Below are positions 13,340-26,879 of a stretch of 64,000 nt of DNA, piece after piece. Numbering within the stretch: position 1 is the first letter of the stretch; each line of letters begins with the position of its first letter. The notes beneath the pieces were generated by a model, which did not search any database, was not told the DNA's origin, and worked only from the letters and a program-made list of their open reading frames with translations. A program made the position numbers and the translations under genes. The stretch lies in contig NW_024704742.1 in the NCBI RefSeq assembly GCF_018977255.1, forward strand, positions 131,814,001 through 131,878,000, read 5' to 3'. The stretch comes from Callorhinchus milii (lineage: Eukaryota).

Positions 13340-14557
13340 CGTTTACTTTATCTCTTCAAACGGTTTCTCCTCCTGCCCCCGCCCGGTCACCTGTGGTGTA
13401 CCCAGTGCTCCATCCTTGGCCTCCTCCTCTTCCTCATCTATATGCTCCCTCTTGGCGATGTCATTCGCAGAGATGGGGTAAACTTCCACATTTATGCGAA
13501 TGACGTACAAATCTACTTCTCCTCCTCCAGCTGCGATTCTAGATGTTCTCTCAGCTTGTCTGGCATACATCAGAACCTAGGTGAGTGAAAATTTCTTGCA
13601 ACTAATGTTGACAAGGCGGAAGCCATACTCAATGGCTCCCGTCAATGTCTTCTATCCTGTGGCTCTGACCTCCTCAACCTCCCTGTCCCTTGTGCTATCC
13701 GTTCAACCATCAGTGGCCACAATTTCAATCATTACACCCCGAAATTCTGAAAAACTCTTCCTCTATCCCTCTGCCTTGCCCCTTCCTTCCCCTTTTTTTG
13801 TCCAAAGCCCATTCTCAATTGTCCTCCGCACTGTGCAAATACTAGACCTGAAATTCCACTCAAACTGAGCCTACAGGACCATTTTGTCTTACAGTTTCAG
13901 ATTGCAAACAATTGTTATTCAATTGTGAATGGTGATGACCCAGTCTTACATCTCACGTCAAGGCTCAATTACGGGAACTCCCTCCTCATCGGTCTTCCCA
14001 ACTCTTCCCTTCACGAGCTGCAGATCATCCAAAACTCTGCAGCTCATGTATTCTCATGCACCAGGCTCCGTGACCCCATCACTCCCACCCTCCCCCGACT
14101 CCACTGGCTCCCCATCCCCCAGAGGATCGGGTTCAAGATTCTCATCCTCACCTTTAAGGCCATCCATGGCCTTGCCTCCTCCTACCTCTCTGACCTGCTG
14201 ACTCCCTACCAAGCTGTCCGCTCCCTCCGTTCAGCGGGCTCCAGCCGCTCCATGTCTCCTGCCCAACCCGCCCTACCATCGGTGCCCGGGCTTTCAGCCT
14301 GTCACACACTCTGGAACTCCATCCCATGGTCCCTTTTCGCCTCGCTTCCTCCCTTGCCTCCTTCAAGGCCGGTCTCAAGACCCTTCTCGTCGACTGTGCC
14401 TTTAGTCTCCCTCCCACCTCTCCGCCTTCCCTCATTCCTACACCACCCCTCCCCCATTCTTGGGCCCCGACACCTGACTGTTCATCACTTTGGGATGTTC
14501 TCCCGACATGAAAGGCGCTCTATAAATGCAATTTTGCAGTTGTTGTTGTTGTTGTTT
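13340..14557 (+). mobile_element. L2 LINE RT fragments and 3' end (interrupted ~13690-13950)
   Basis: Degenerate GVPQ and YADD-like region at 13390-13520; SRLNYGNSLL...IIQNSAA...RLHWLPIPQRIGFKIL; (TTG)n tail. Confidence 0.9.
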
Positions 14558-15777
14558 TTGTTAGAGGAATGAGCTATGAGCAATGATTAGACAAGCTACG
14601 GCTCTTCAGTCTTGAAAACAAAAGCTTTCAGAGTGGAAGTTATAGAGATGTATAAAATGTAAATGGATGTAAATGGGATTGAAAAAGTAAACCCAGAACA
14701 GTAATTTAGGGTACCCCAAGGAAGCAGAACAAGGGGACAAGGATTTAACAAGAGTTCCAAAGAGCAATTTCAGAACAGACAACAGGAAGTTTTGCTTAAC
14801 AACAACTTGCATTTATACAGCGCCCTTTATGCATGATAGCATCCCTGAGCACTTACCCAGAGGGTAATTAATGAATGGCCAGACAAGGTGGTTGATGCCA
14901 GAGAATTGGGAGTCATTTACCAAAAACAGCTTAATGCTGTGATGTGGAGATGGTAAAATCAGTATTCTGGAAGGATCAGATCAAATGGGCTGAGGGCATT
15001 CTTCATCCAAATCATTCTTGTGATGTTATGAATTGTTGAAAAAAACAATTGAACGTCAAATGAAATTCCCACCAGTTTTATGCGGAACAAAACGATCATC
15101 GATAAAGAAAAGGTGTGGGTCTCACCAATAACTTCCTCTGCCTTCCTCTTGTTAGACTTCCTGAAAGACCGAATGAGAAACTTATAATTTTCATGTGCAG
15201 TATTAAGGAAATCTGATTATTATGCTGTGGATTTTTCTGCTTTACTGGAAGAATGAGTGAACAGAATGACTTAGAATGGAAGATTCAACTGACTGATCGC
15301 TGTAATTCATAGACCTTAATTAGCTGCACAAACCATTAGGTACAATTAGACTATTATAAAACACTCGATGCTTTGTGTCAACCAAGAAATACATTTATTT
15401 GCATGACAGAGGGGTGGACTGGAGGCAGGGTGCGTTAATAAAGCATGATTTTTGATTTAAGATGTTGCCGATAGCAGTGTGGAATTAATCTCAATAGCTG
15501 TCTAATTTGTGTCGGAAAATGGTATATTTATTGTAAAATGACATTAAAGCTAAATGACTTACCTAAAGCTAAAGCACTAATGTCAGTGCCTCAAAATTCT
15601 ACTCCATATGCTATGGACCGCACAGAGAAATCTGAACGCTCCCAATGGAACACTTTCATCTCAACTCGAAACCCAGCTATGATCAGTTCCCGCTTTTGAA
15701 CGTTAAATAGAAGGGATGTAAATCATGGCGGAAGGTCAAGGTTTAGCAGGGCAAAACAAGAAAGAAATGTTTATGGA

Positions 15778-16136
15778 AATAATATTCCTTGCATTTGGTC
15801 TAGCAGCTTATCATGTCTTTGAGACATCTTCAAACGCTTCACAAAAAATACTATAAAGTCAATTTATTGTATATTTTCTGGTCAAAATGCAGCAGCCAAT
15901 TGCACGTGGCAGTGTTTCACAAACAGTCTTGAATTGAGTGACCAAATTTTTTTTAAGGGATTTTTACCACTGGAAACATTCTACCAATTGACTGACAACC
16001 ATTCCTACTTACTGCTAGGTAAACAGAGGAGTGCGGAGTAAGAAAAATTGCCTAACGTTTCGCCCGGCCTGAGAATCAAACCATGGTTCTTTCACTTGTG
16101 AGGTGAGTGCTTCAACCACTAAGCTGCAGGACTCCA
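15778..16136 (-). mobile_element. Composite SINE, older long form, full length
   Basis: CCTACTTACTGCTAGGTAAACAGAGG on + strand; head ends ...GCTGCAGGACTCCA. Confidence 0.85.
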
Positions 16137-16729
16137 AATATAGAGCGAGCCTTGCAGATCAAAGGGGAGCCAATTGAAGTGATCACTTAAAAGGTAAGTG
16201 AGGAAGGGAAAGAAATATAGAGAGTAAAAGGTGGTGGTGGTGCGGGAGAAGAAATAAGTGCAGGAAATGAGAAAAGATGGAAGAGGGGCAAACATAAGGA
16301 GAGGAAAACTGGTGAGGACAGATATGACAAATGAGGCCTAAATTTTAAATCTATTGGAAAAGTATTCCAACAATGCACACTTTTAAATTTAGGAATAAAC
16401 TTCATGACAGGAGAAATCATTATTTTTTAAGAGCCTTGGGAAACTGGTTTTCCAATTGAGGGCTGAATTTAAGAGTTCTCCAAATATCTGTATGATCTGA
16501 AAATTTAAGACAGTTGCCTTAAGGGCACAAGACCATTAGTTCATTGATAGCAGATCCACTTGAGTTTTATAGCTGGAATAAGTTGGTATTCTCTGAAGGA
16601 AGTAATGCTGAAATACTGGGACCTGCATGTCAGTCATGTTGAAAGTGATGCCGGTTGGTTCAATGACCCCAACCACCAACTATTTTCATGAAGGTGGGAG
16701 GAGATGGGGTTACATTGAGCTTGTACTCT

Positions 16730-16975
16730 AGCCTGATACTCCAATGTAGTACTGGGGTCAGTGCTGCATTGTCAGTTGCGGTCCTTCAGATTAGACTTTA
16801 AGCCGATGGCCCATCTGCTCAGTCAGGTGGACATAAACCTAATCCCCAGATAAAACCGATCAATCACTTTATGGCTGTTTGTGGGACATCGCTGTGCAAA
16901 AATTGGGTGCATTTGTGAACGAATACACAGTCACGACACGTTACAATAAAATCCCATCAAGTGCTTGGAGACGTT
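16730..16975 (+). mobile_element. Old Deu SINE, degenerate
   Basis: CTGATACTCCAATG...CAGGTGGAC...GCTGTTTGTGGGACATCGCTGTGC. Confidence 0.7.
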
Positions 16976-19771
16976 TCATTATAGAAACCAATCAACCACA
17001 GCTTCCTGCAGTGAGTTCCACATTCTCACCATCCTCTATGTGAAGAAGTTCATAAATTCGCAATTAGATCTCCTGCTAACTATTTCCGCCTAACTATCTC
17101 CCTCTTGGTTTGGCCTCACAGTGAAGAACACGAGAAAGGAATTCATGGCTGACTGATGGCTGAGGATTTTGATGAGAATTAATGGTAAAAATGCCCATTA
17201 ACCGATGCTCAAAATCAGTTTTCAATTACTTCTCAAACAAAATCAGTATTCAATTACTTATCATACAATTTAATTGTCAAAGCAGCTTACAATTTCATTG
17301 ATGGTCGAGTGATTTTGCACAGAGGAAAGATAATGTTTTTAAAAAACTTCCCATTTCACACGATACAAAACTCGAGGAAGAATTTTTTGGAGGGTCACAC
17401 AGTGAGGCCTACCTCATTATTATAACCACTTTTCTTCGTTGTTCTCTAATTATCCCAGGATTTCAAAACACCAAATGATTTCCTATTTATTGGCATATGC
17501 ACAATAATTCAGCCCCTGTTCGGAGATCCAGTTAATCCAACCAGTTAATGCCATGTATTGCTTGTAGGTTAAAAGCACCTCAATTAGCAACAACAGACAT
17601 GAATTTAATGTGCAAATTCACCTTTACACCTCTACTGTGGTGAGGAGAATGAACCATGGCTGTAGTGGAGTGGGCATCAGCATTGACTCAAAAATTAACT
17701 GCATTTTTTTCCCGAGTCAATCCCATGAATTTTCCTCTTTGCTCCGTGTGAATTTTCCTTTGGGTAACCCACCCTTTCATTGCAGTAAATTTGATTGATG
17801 AAACTACACGGACTTGGTTACTCGCAATGTCAGTCACAATGCTCTGTTCGTATTTTGTTCAGCTCACAGTAAAGGGGAGAGGTGTCAGGGAAATCACTAG
17901 GATTTCACTGTGATTCTGTTGACTACAACCTAGGGTGAACTTCAGTTCCAGAGATTGCAAATGATTCTTTTTTGTTTGGCTCCTACAGCAGAAATAAGAT
18001 TCACTTTTATTCCAAAGCAGCCCTTGCACGCGTCCCTCCGTCTCATTGCTTTTCCTAACTCATTTAAATTCCTCATTAATATGATTTGCAATGCAAGCCA
18101 CCTCCCCAGTGCATTAAGCCTTCAATAATAAAATTGGTCACTCACTTCAATGCTGTTTGTGGCACATTGCAGTGCACAAATTGGTTGCTGCGTTGGCCTG
18201 CAAATACACGGTCACCACATTTCACAGTAAAAACCTATGAAGGGCTTCGAGATAAGGTGTGATGCAAGGATTGTTGCTATTGCGCATCATGCAGAATTTT
18301 GGCACATTTTTAAAACCAGTCTAAATCTGCAAATATTTTTTATGTACTTATTACATTCACTTTGGGATTATCCACTCCCACCCCACTGACCTAAAATTGC
18401 AATCCCGAGGATGGTAAAATTGCCAATTTACACCTATAAAATAAATATTAGCAATCTGAGAGAACGAACATAACTGGTCATAGATTGACACACAAACAAG
18501 ACAGATGGCCATCAGCCTGAAATCTGCGCGTAAAACTAGATACAGAGAAAACACTTTATAATGTAAAACTCTTCTTTGAAAGCTGCAATTTGCCCTCAAG
18601 GGGAACTTATATAGACCAATTTATAAGCAACAAGAATTTTTTTTTGTTGCAATAGGAACAATAGGTCAAAAATATAACCCTCGACCGAGTTCCACACTCC
18701 AATTATCATTGGTGCATTGAGAGGACCCTTCTGTGATATTTTTCACCAGTGTGACAGAGTTAAAGGTAATATAAGAAGATAAACATTCCCTCCAATATAA
18801 AACTGAATATGCACTGCGTGGCATTTGCGCCATTTGTTTTTTTTACAACATACTTTAATATCCTGGTAAATTAATTCAAGCATTTATTTTGTGGAATTTG
18901 TACTGTTTCGCAAACGTCCTGTTCCCAAATTCAATCAGTAAATGTGGGGTGAAATTTGCCTTAATTGAGAATGTTTTTCTCATCTCATTTTCTTTCAGGA
19001 ACAAATTAGATAAAATTTAGTGTCAAGAACTAATATACAGTTTGGACATGACATGTGCATGCGACTGCCGGGGTGGTAGAAGACAAACTGGATGGACCTT
19101 GGCTTTCTTTTGCCTAACAAATTCTCATCTTCTTATGAATGCATTATGAAATGCCACAAATTCCACCCCTTTATGTGATATAGCTTCATGCTCTGCATGG
19201 CTGAGAGCATCCTATTATGGCCCTGCTTCTCTTCCGGCTCTCTCAATTTATAACTGGGCATTTATTGCACTTCCATGGTGTTGCTAATTATTCCAAGCCT
19301 ATAATGATTCACAGCATGGTTACAATCCAGCTGAATAGGTGTACCTTCCTGACAGCCTCAGGATTCAAGTGACATCAGGATGTATGATAAAGTGGCTGAC
19401 TGCATTCCAGAGTAGGACTCAACTTTTCATTCCCTTGCTAAAGATTGTTTATCCAAAAAAAACTTTGCTCCAGCTTTGCTCTTTGTATGAATTTATAGTC
19501 GTATTGAGTCATTTTAAATTTGCTGCCATGTCTGCCTGGCTCAGGATGGTATGGTATCACTGTTGCCTCTGAGTCAGAAGTTTGTGGGCTCAACCCCCAT
19601 TCCAGGACGTTTGATTTTATAACCCAGGATGATGTTATAGTGCTGGAGGTGCGCTGCATTATTGGGGGAGATGAGAAACCAAGATCCTGACTATCTGTTC
19701 AGGAGGACATGGGCACTATTCAAAAAGAGAAGAGTGTTTCTCCCAGTGTCCCGGCCAACAATCCCTCAAAT

Positions 19772-19945
19772 GTGCCTAATACTTTCTGGAATTAGGTAAG
19801 CAGGTTGTGTTTCTCCAGGGAGAGAGTGCACTTTCCATTCCAACACTCTATGTCTAGAATTTCCTTGTGTAGGTGGGATGTGTGGAATTCTCAGTTTGGT
19901 TTGGATAGTCTTGAGCACGGTGATGGGTTTTCATCTGTGTCAGAA
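19772..19945 (+). repeat. Unclassified interspersed repeat, copy 2
   Basis: TGTGCCTAATACTTTCTGGAATTAGGTAAG...GGAATTCTCAGTTTGGTTTGGATAGTCTTGAGCAC aligns to 56860-57030. Confidence 0.75.
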
Positions 19946-19996
19946 AGCCCCCTCCTCCCAAAAAATCCCTCAAATAAAATTGATAATTTGCTTCCT

Positions 19997-20256
19997 TAAT
20001 AATAATAATAATAATAATAATCCTTGCATTTGATATAGCGCTTTTCACGTCGGGAGGACGTCCCAAAGCGCTTCACAGAACACACTGTAAAGTGAATTGA
20101 CTGTATATTTGTGGGCGAACGCGGCAGCCAATTGCGCACAGCAATGTCCCACAAACAGTCGTAGATTGAAAATGACCAATTTAATTATTGTTTTTAGTTT
20201 TGGAGGGATTATTATTAGGCGTGTGGAGTAAGGAAACTTGCCCAAGGTTTCACCCT
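19997..20256 (-). mobile_element. Young composite SINE (short form), lacking tRNA head
   Basis: Near-identical to the copies at 35113 and 40020. Confidence 0.95.
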
Positions 20257-21687
20257 CTGCCTTGTTCTTTGTGGGACATTGCAGTGCACAAATTCGCTGT
20301 TGTGTTTGTTTCAAAATACGCAGCTTAGAGTAAATCTTGTGAAGCATTTTGAGACACTTTGATGATGCGATAAGGCTCTACATCAAATGCAAGGATTATT
20401 ATCATTATTAAAAAGCTCAACCCAAAGTCATGCACAAGTGCAACAAAACATGGGATAGATAAGGTATGAATGTCAATTTTTAAAATATGCCTTGTTAGGT
20501 CCAGTAATAATAATGATAATCCGCACGTTTGATACATCACATGTAATATCAGACCATCTCAACGTACTTCAAAGGCAAATGTTGTCAAATGTAGTGACTG
20601 TGTACTTGTAGGCAAACGTAGCATCCAATTCAAAGATAGAAAAGCCTCAGAAGCCACCCACAAAATGCAGTCAATTCACTTCAGAGTATATTCTGTGAAG
20701 TGATTTGAGTCATTTCAAAGACTTGATAAGGCACTGTATCAGATGCAAGGATTATTATCATTATTATGAAATTAATGATCACTTTATTTGGAGTAAGCTA
20801 CAATCAGCTATAATGGGAAAGGACAAGTAATTAGGACTGAAAGGATTGCTGAACAAGAATTGGCAAAGATATGATGGGCTGAATGACCTACTTCTATGCA
20901 GTAAATTTCTGTGGTTCCATGGTTCTACTTGTGGCCAATATACCAAGAGACACTTTATTCACTTTTCACATAGTTTTGTGGGACCTTTAACATCTAATTA
21001 AACAGGCAGACAGGATCTCACATCACTATCTCATCCAAAAAAGAGCACCTTGGACAATTCAGTACTCAAACCAGTATTCCACTTAAATGTCAGTCTAGTC
21101 AGTGAGCTGATGGTCTAACATGGGACTTGAACCCACAACCTTCAGATCCATAGACATAGAGTATCCATAGACAGATCCATAGAGTCCTATGAACTGAGCC
21201 ACAGGCATGAGTGCCACCAGCTTAGCCAAACTGAGAACAGACAGAGATACAGCTTCTCATACATACACATATATACATATATATATATATAGAGAGAGAG
21301 AGCTTAGTTTTGCTAATAAATGTTCTGCAGTTTCACACTGCTCCAAGATTTGAAATGTTTCCACAAGCCCTGGGCTGTGTGGTTCGAGCAACGACACCAT
21401 GCTTTGTTTGTTGTGTGCTGACATGCTCTGAGTACGGTCAAAGCACAGCTAAGAATCAAAGCACCAGCAGTCTGGCATATTTTGATACTGGCCAAAGCTG
21501 AGAGTCTGACCACTCGCTACTTACTGGCTTGGGAGATGAAACAAAGGCTCGAAATGCACTACCTATCATTCTACAACATCAACTAGAATTTATACAGCCT
21601 TTCACACAGGGCAACATCTCGGAGTGCTTAACAATACAGAGCTTGATGCCAGGGCACACAGAGAAGGTCGAAAACAAAGTTGTTCAG

Positions 21688-22190
21688 ATAATAATAATAA
21701 TAATAATAATCCTTGCATTTGATATAGCGCTTTTCACGTCGGGAGGACATCCCAAAGCGCTTCACAGAACACACTGTAAAGTGAATTGACTGTACATTTG
21801 TGGGCGAAGCGATCTGTAGATGGACAAGGAGGGAGGCAAGACAAAAGGATTGACGCGGAGAGTTCCAGAGTTTCACTGCATAGTGACTGAAGGCACAAAT
21901 GCCGATGGTGGAGCGGAGGCGACAAAGGACGTGCAGAGGACAGAGCCAGCTAAGTGAAGGGGATGAGAGTAGAGGAGTGGAGTGCAAGCAGACTGGAGAG
22001 TTTGGAAGGTGCTAGGGCACGTAGTGATTTGTATGAGTGTGAGGATAATTAAATCAATCTGTTCTGAAATAAGGAGTCCGTAGAGCCTGGCAAGAACTGG
22101 TGTGCTAGAGGTGCGGAGTTGGTTATGGGTAGGGATATGGGTGGCGGAGTTTTTAATTCATTGGATTTTATGAATGGTGGAGCTGGGGCA
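21688..22190 (-). mobile_element. Young SINE tail (21688-21810) joined to an old L2 fragment
   Basis: SINE tail nearly identical to the 19997 copy, then L2 peptide RSTIGICAFSHYAVKLWNS. Confidence 0.8.
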
Positions 22191-23777
22191 ATGTTGTGGA
22201 TCAGGAGAAAGGGGGAATGAGGAGGTGATCATAGCATAGTTGAAGAGGTCTTTTTTTAAGGTGGGACTTGATGCAGAGAGAGTGAGGCAGAAGGGAAGAG
22301 GCAAGGAATTCCAGAGGTTAGGGGACATGGAGTCGAAAAGCTCGGCCGCTGATGGTGGCTGTGAAAGGGTGGGGGGGTTCTTACAGCAAGACTAACTTAG
22401 GTGAGCGGAGAAGATGAGTAGAGGAGTGGGGTAGGAAGAGATTGGAGATATAGGGAGGTCCTAGGTCATGAATACTAAAGCTAACAATAATATAAATAAC
22501 ATAATAATAATCCTTACAATTGATACAGCACCTTTGACATACGGACAACATCTCAAAGCTCTTTACAAGATTTACCGCCATATCTAGTGACTTTATTTTG
22601 TAGGACAACATGGCAGCCCATTTTGTGCAAGGCAATATCCCATAAACAGCCATAAATGAATGATGAATTTTATTTGAGGGATTGTTTATTGTCTCATCCA
22701 AAGGACGGGATTGGAAAGAGTAAGGCTGGCCGACATTTCACCATATAGCCTATCTTTCTCTTTTACATTGTGATCACCTGTTGAGCAATTGTAGCACACA
22801 AAAGTCAAGAAGTAGTCAAGGAATGCCCAAAACCGAATGATTGCCCATGTTAATCGTCAAATCTCAGCCATTTCTCTTGGTGAGGATTCCCACAATTCAT
22901 GCGTCAGCTCGAACTATGGTCAATTCAATGGTTTTAATACGTGGTCCACTTGAGCACCACCATATCTATAATTTTAAAGAAAATAATCATACGGAGAAAA
23001 AAATCCACAACGATAACAGTTTGGGGTGTGACCACAGAATGAAACCATGCATCAACCTTGAAACTTCTTTTACTGTGCATTAATGGACAGCTATCTAAGT
23101 TAATGGTGAATTATCGACGGACTTTGAGGCAACCAGCTGAACATTATAATTTAGTTTAGTTTATATGCTGGAGGCAGGCATGAGCTTACACACCTCGACA
23201 GTGTGTGGTATATGACATTCATGGTTGATTCAGTCCTCACAGTGAGATTCTGTTAGTCGCAAACTAAAAAGGAAAGTTACCTACGCAGCACTGTCCCTGC
23301 AGATGTCGAAACACATCATTCCTGCCAAGCAAGAGAGTGTGCAATTCATGACTCTTGCAGGTGTGCTGTAAACACAGATTAATGGTTTGTCCAACTTCTG
23401 AAATGCCCCTTGAAATATTAATGTCAGTAAATTCAAGTGAGTGGGATTTGCTCTGGCACAGTCAAAAAGGTCACAGAGCCATTAAAAGGTTTGCAATGTT
23501 CCCACAAGTTTGTAATAGCTACTGATTGTTCTGCAGATGTCTCTGGCCTTGCTCAACAAAAGGTTATTTTTCTTTCACAAAAGTTTCCAAGACGTTTCGA
23601 TAATGTGGCTAAGCGTTTCCATCAGAAGGGAGCAATGGGGCTAATCAGAGGACATTTCTTTACACAGGTTTTTCATGCACATAGTAGTTAGGATATGGAA
23701 TGCCTTGCTGGGAACAGTGGTTGAGGCAGAATCTATATCAGCTTTCAAAAGGGAGCTAGGAAATACCTAATAATTAT

Positions 23778-25438
23778 ATAGAATCATAGAATTATACAGC
23801 ACAGAAGGAGACCATTCTGCCCATCGTGTCTGTGCCAGCTCTTTGAAAAGAGCTATCCAATTCAATCCCACTCCCCCACTCTCTCCATATAGTCCTGCAA
23901 ACTTGTCCTCCCTAACAATTATCTACTTCTCTCTTAAAAGTTGTTATCAAATCGACTTCCACCGCCTTTTCAGCAATCCATTCCAGATCCAAATAACTAC
24001 GCTATGTGAAACAATTTCTCCTCACCTCCCTTCTGTGTCTGTCAACAACTATTTTAAATCAGTGTCCTCGGGTTACCGACCCACCCACCAGTGGAAATAG
24101 TTTCTCCTTGTTCACCCTATCAAATCCCCTCATAATTTTGAAAACGTCTATTAAGTCTCCTCTTCACCTTCTCTGCTCCAAGGAGAATAATCCTAGCTTC
24201 TCTAGCCTCTCATGATAACTGAAGTCCCTCATTCCTGGTACCATCCTGGTAAATCTCCTTTGCACCCTCTCCAATGCCTTGACATTCTTCCTAAAGTGTG
24301 GTGCCCAGAACTGAACACAGTCTCTCGCTGAGGCCTAACTAGTGTTTTATAAAGGTTCATTATAACTTCCTGACTTTTGTATTCTATGCCCCTATTTATA
24401 AAGCCTAGTATCTCATATGCATTTTTAACAGCTTTATCTACCTGTCCTGACACCTTCAAAGGTTTACTTATATGAACGACCAGGTCTCTATGTTCCTTCA
24501 CGCCCTTTAAGATTGTACCATCAGCTTATATTGTCTCTCCTCATTCTTCCTCCCAAAATGCATCATTTCGCATTTCTCCACATTAAACTTCATCTGCCAC
24601 ATATCTGCCAAGTTTTTTCTATGTCCATTTGCAGTCTGCTACTATCCTCCTCACTGTTGACTACTTTTCCTCATCTGCAAAATTTGAAAATTGTACTCCG
24701 TATACCCAACTCCAGGTCATTTATATAGATAAAAAAACACCAGCGGTCCCTTCGGGACACCACTGCACACTTCCCTCCAGTCAGAAAAACAGCTGTTCAC
24801 CATCACTCTCTGCTTTCTGCCTCCCAGCCAGTTCTACATTTATGCTGCCACTGTCCCTTTAATACTGTTGGCTTCTATTTTGCTTACAAGTCTCTTAAGT
24901 GGCACTTTATCAACGCCTTTTGAAAATCCGTAAATGCTACATGAACTGCAATATCTTCATCCACCCTCTCCGGTACTTCATCAACAAAATCTAACATGTT
25001 AATTAGACAAGATTTCCCTTTAATAAACCCATGTTGGCTGTCCTGTATTAACCCATATTTTTCTAAGTGAAAATTTTAATTTGTCCCAGATTATAATCTC
25101 TAGAAGTTTCTCCACTACTGACGTCAGGCTGACTGGCTTGTAATTCCCGGGTTTATCCTTTACCCCTTTTTTGTACAGGGGAGTAACATTGGCAACCTTC
25201 CAGTCCAAAGAGGATTGAAAGATTGTGGCCAGAGCCTCCGTTATTTCCACCGTTACTTCCCTCAGTAACCTAGGATGCATCCTGTCTGGACCGGGTGATT
25301 TATCTACCTTGAGCACCGTCAACCTTTTTAGTACCTCCTCTCAGTTTAGTCTTATCTTATCCAATTTCTCTACCCTCTCCTCCGATACTGTGGCACTGGC
25401 TGCGTCTTCTTCTTTTGTGAAGACAGATGCAAAGTACT
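23778..25438 (-). mobile_element. CR1 LINE, 5'-truncated and defective; same subfamily as 566-1907
   Basis: KSPGPDRMHPRLL, NYKPVSLTS, YKTLVRPQ; tail (ATTCTATG)n at 23778. Confidence 0.95.
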
Positions 25439-25469
25439 ATGTATATAAAATATATATAGAGAAACCGGA

Positions 25470-25610
25470 TTAATCCTTCTGGGGGAGATTGTGCATTGTA
25501 TTCCAACAATCTATCTCTGGGATTTCCATGTGCAGTTGGTATTCATACAATTCTTGAGCATGGTGATAGGTTTCCGTCTGTGTTGGATACCTGGCTGACC
25601 AAAAATAAAT
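25470..25610 (+). repeat. Unclassified interspersed repeat, copy 3
   Basis: ATTCCAACAATCTATCTCTGGGATTTCCATGTG...CTTGAGCATGGTGATAGGTTTCC...CCTGGCTGACCAAAAATAAA. Confidence 0.7.
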
Positions 25611-25789
25611 GGAGATATGACAGGGAAATAGGACTGAATGGATTGCTCTTGAAAGAGACAATGCAGACACAATGGGCAAATAACGCTTCTTCAGTACTGT
25701 ACATTTCTATGGCTTCTATGGTTTCTAGGTTGTTGTTAAGGCATGGTGCATTTACCAGAAATGTCTATTGAAGCTGAAGCTTATCATGC

Positions 25790-26185
25790 TAATAATTCTT
25801 GCTTTCAATATAGTACCTGATCACTTCATTGTAATGGGCTTTATAGGATTTTATAGTGAAGTGTGGTAACTGTGCATTTGTAAGCAAAAGCGGTAGCCAA
25901 TTTGCACACAGAAATGTCCACAAACAGCCATGAAGTGAATGCCCAATTTTACCTGTGAGGTTGTTGGTCAAGACACTGGGAGAAACTCCCTTCCCTTTTT
26001 GAGTAGTGCCATGGGATTTTTAATGTTGATCTGAACATGCTGGCAGGACCTTAGTTTAACCTCTCATCCAAAGGATGGCACCATTGACAATGTAAAGCTC
26101 TCCTAATACTAATTGGAGTGTCAGCCTCGACAATGAACCCAGAATCTCTCAACACCACAATCTTCTGACTCAGCAGTGAGAGTGA
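25790..26185 (-). mobile_element. Old Deu SINE, near full length
   Basis: Reverse complement of head (CTGAGTCAGAAG), body and tail. Confidence 0.85.
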
Positions 26186-26294
26186 GAGACAGGATAAGTT
26201 TATAACAGCTTTTAAAAGTGAATTGGATAATCGCTAGGAAAAAAAATAATAAATTGCACAGGGAAAAGAGGAGAATGGATTTGGGATTGTGGTG

Positions 26295-26705
26295 TATCAG
26301 CCGGGCTCACGTGGTTGCATTCTCTGAATCAGAAGGTTGTGGGTTCAAACCTCACATCATCTAAACTGACACTCCAATGTAGTGCTAGGGCGTATTGCAA
26401 TGTCAGAGGTCCTTTGGATAAAACATTAAACCAAGCTCCTATCTGCCTGTTCACTATGGATTCTGTGGCACAACTCAAAGAGAAAAGGAAATTTCTCCCG
26501 ACATCCTGACCACCAATCCCCTATATATGATTGGTCATTCACTCCATGGCTGTTTGTGGGACATTGCTGCAATCAATTAGGCTACCATGTTCATCTACAA
26601 ACGCACAATAATTATATTTAATATAATAACCTGTGAAATGTTTTGGGACATCCTTCCGAAGTGAAAGGCGCTGTAAAAAAGTGCATGTATTATTATTATT
26701 ATTAG
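26295..26705 (+). mobile_element. Old Deu SINE, near full length
   Basis: TCAGCCGGGCTCAC...CTGAATCAGAAGGTTGTGGGTTCAAAC (A/B boxes), Deu core, tail. Confidence 0.85.
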
Positions 26706-26879
26706 ATAGCTGTCTAAGTGAAGGTCATAAGACCAGCAAAGACGCAGAGGGCTACCGTGGCTTCATTCTGTGCTGTGAATCTTCTTCAAGGGTAGAGTTT
26801 TGAAGATTCCTTTACACTTTTAGATACAAAGAGAATTGCTCGTACAACTTCTTTCCTCTCCCAGCTCCTGAATGCATGA

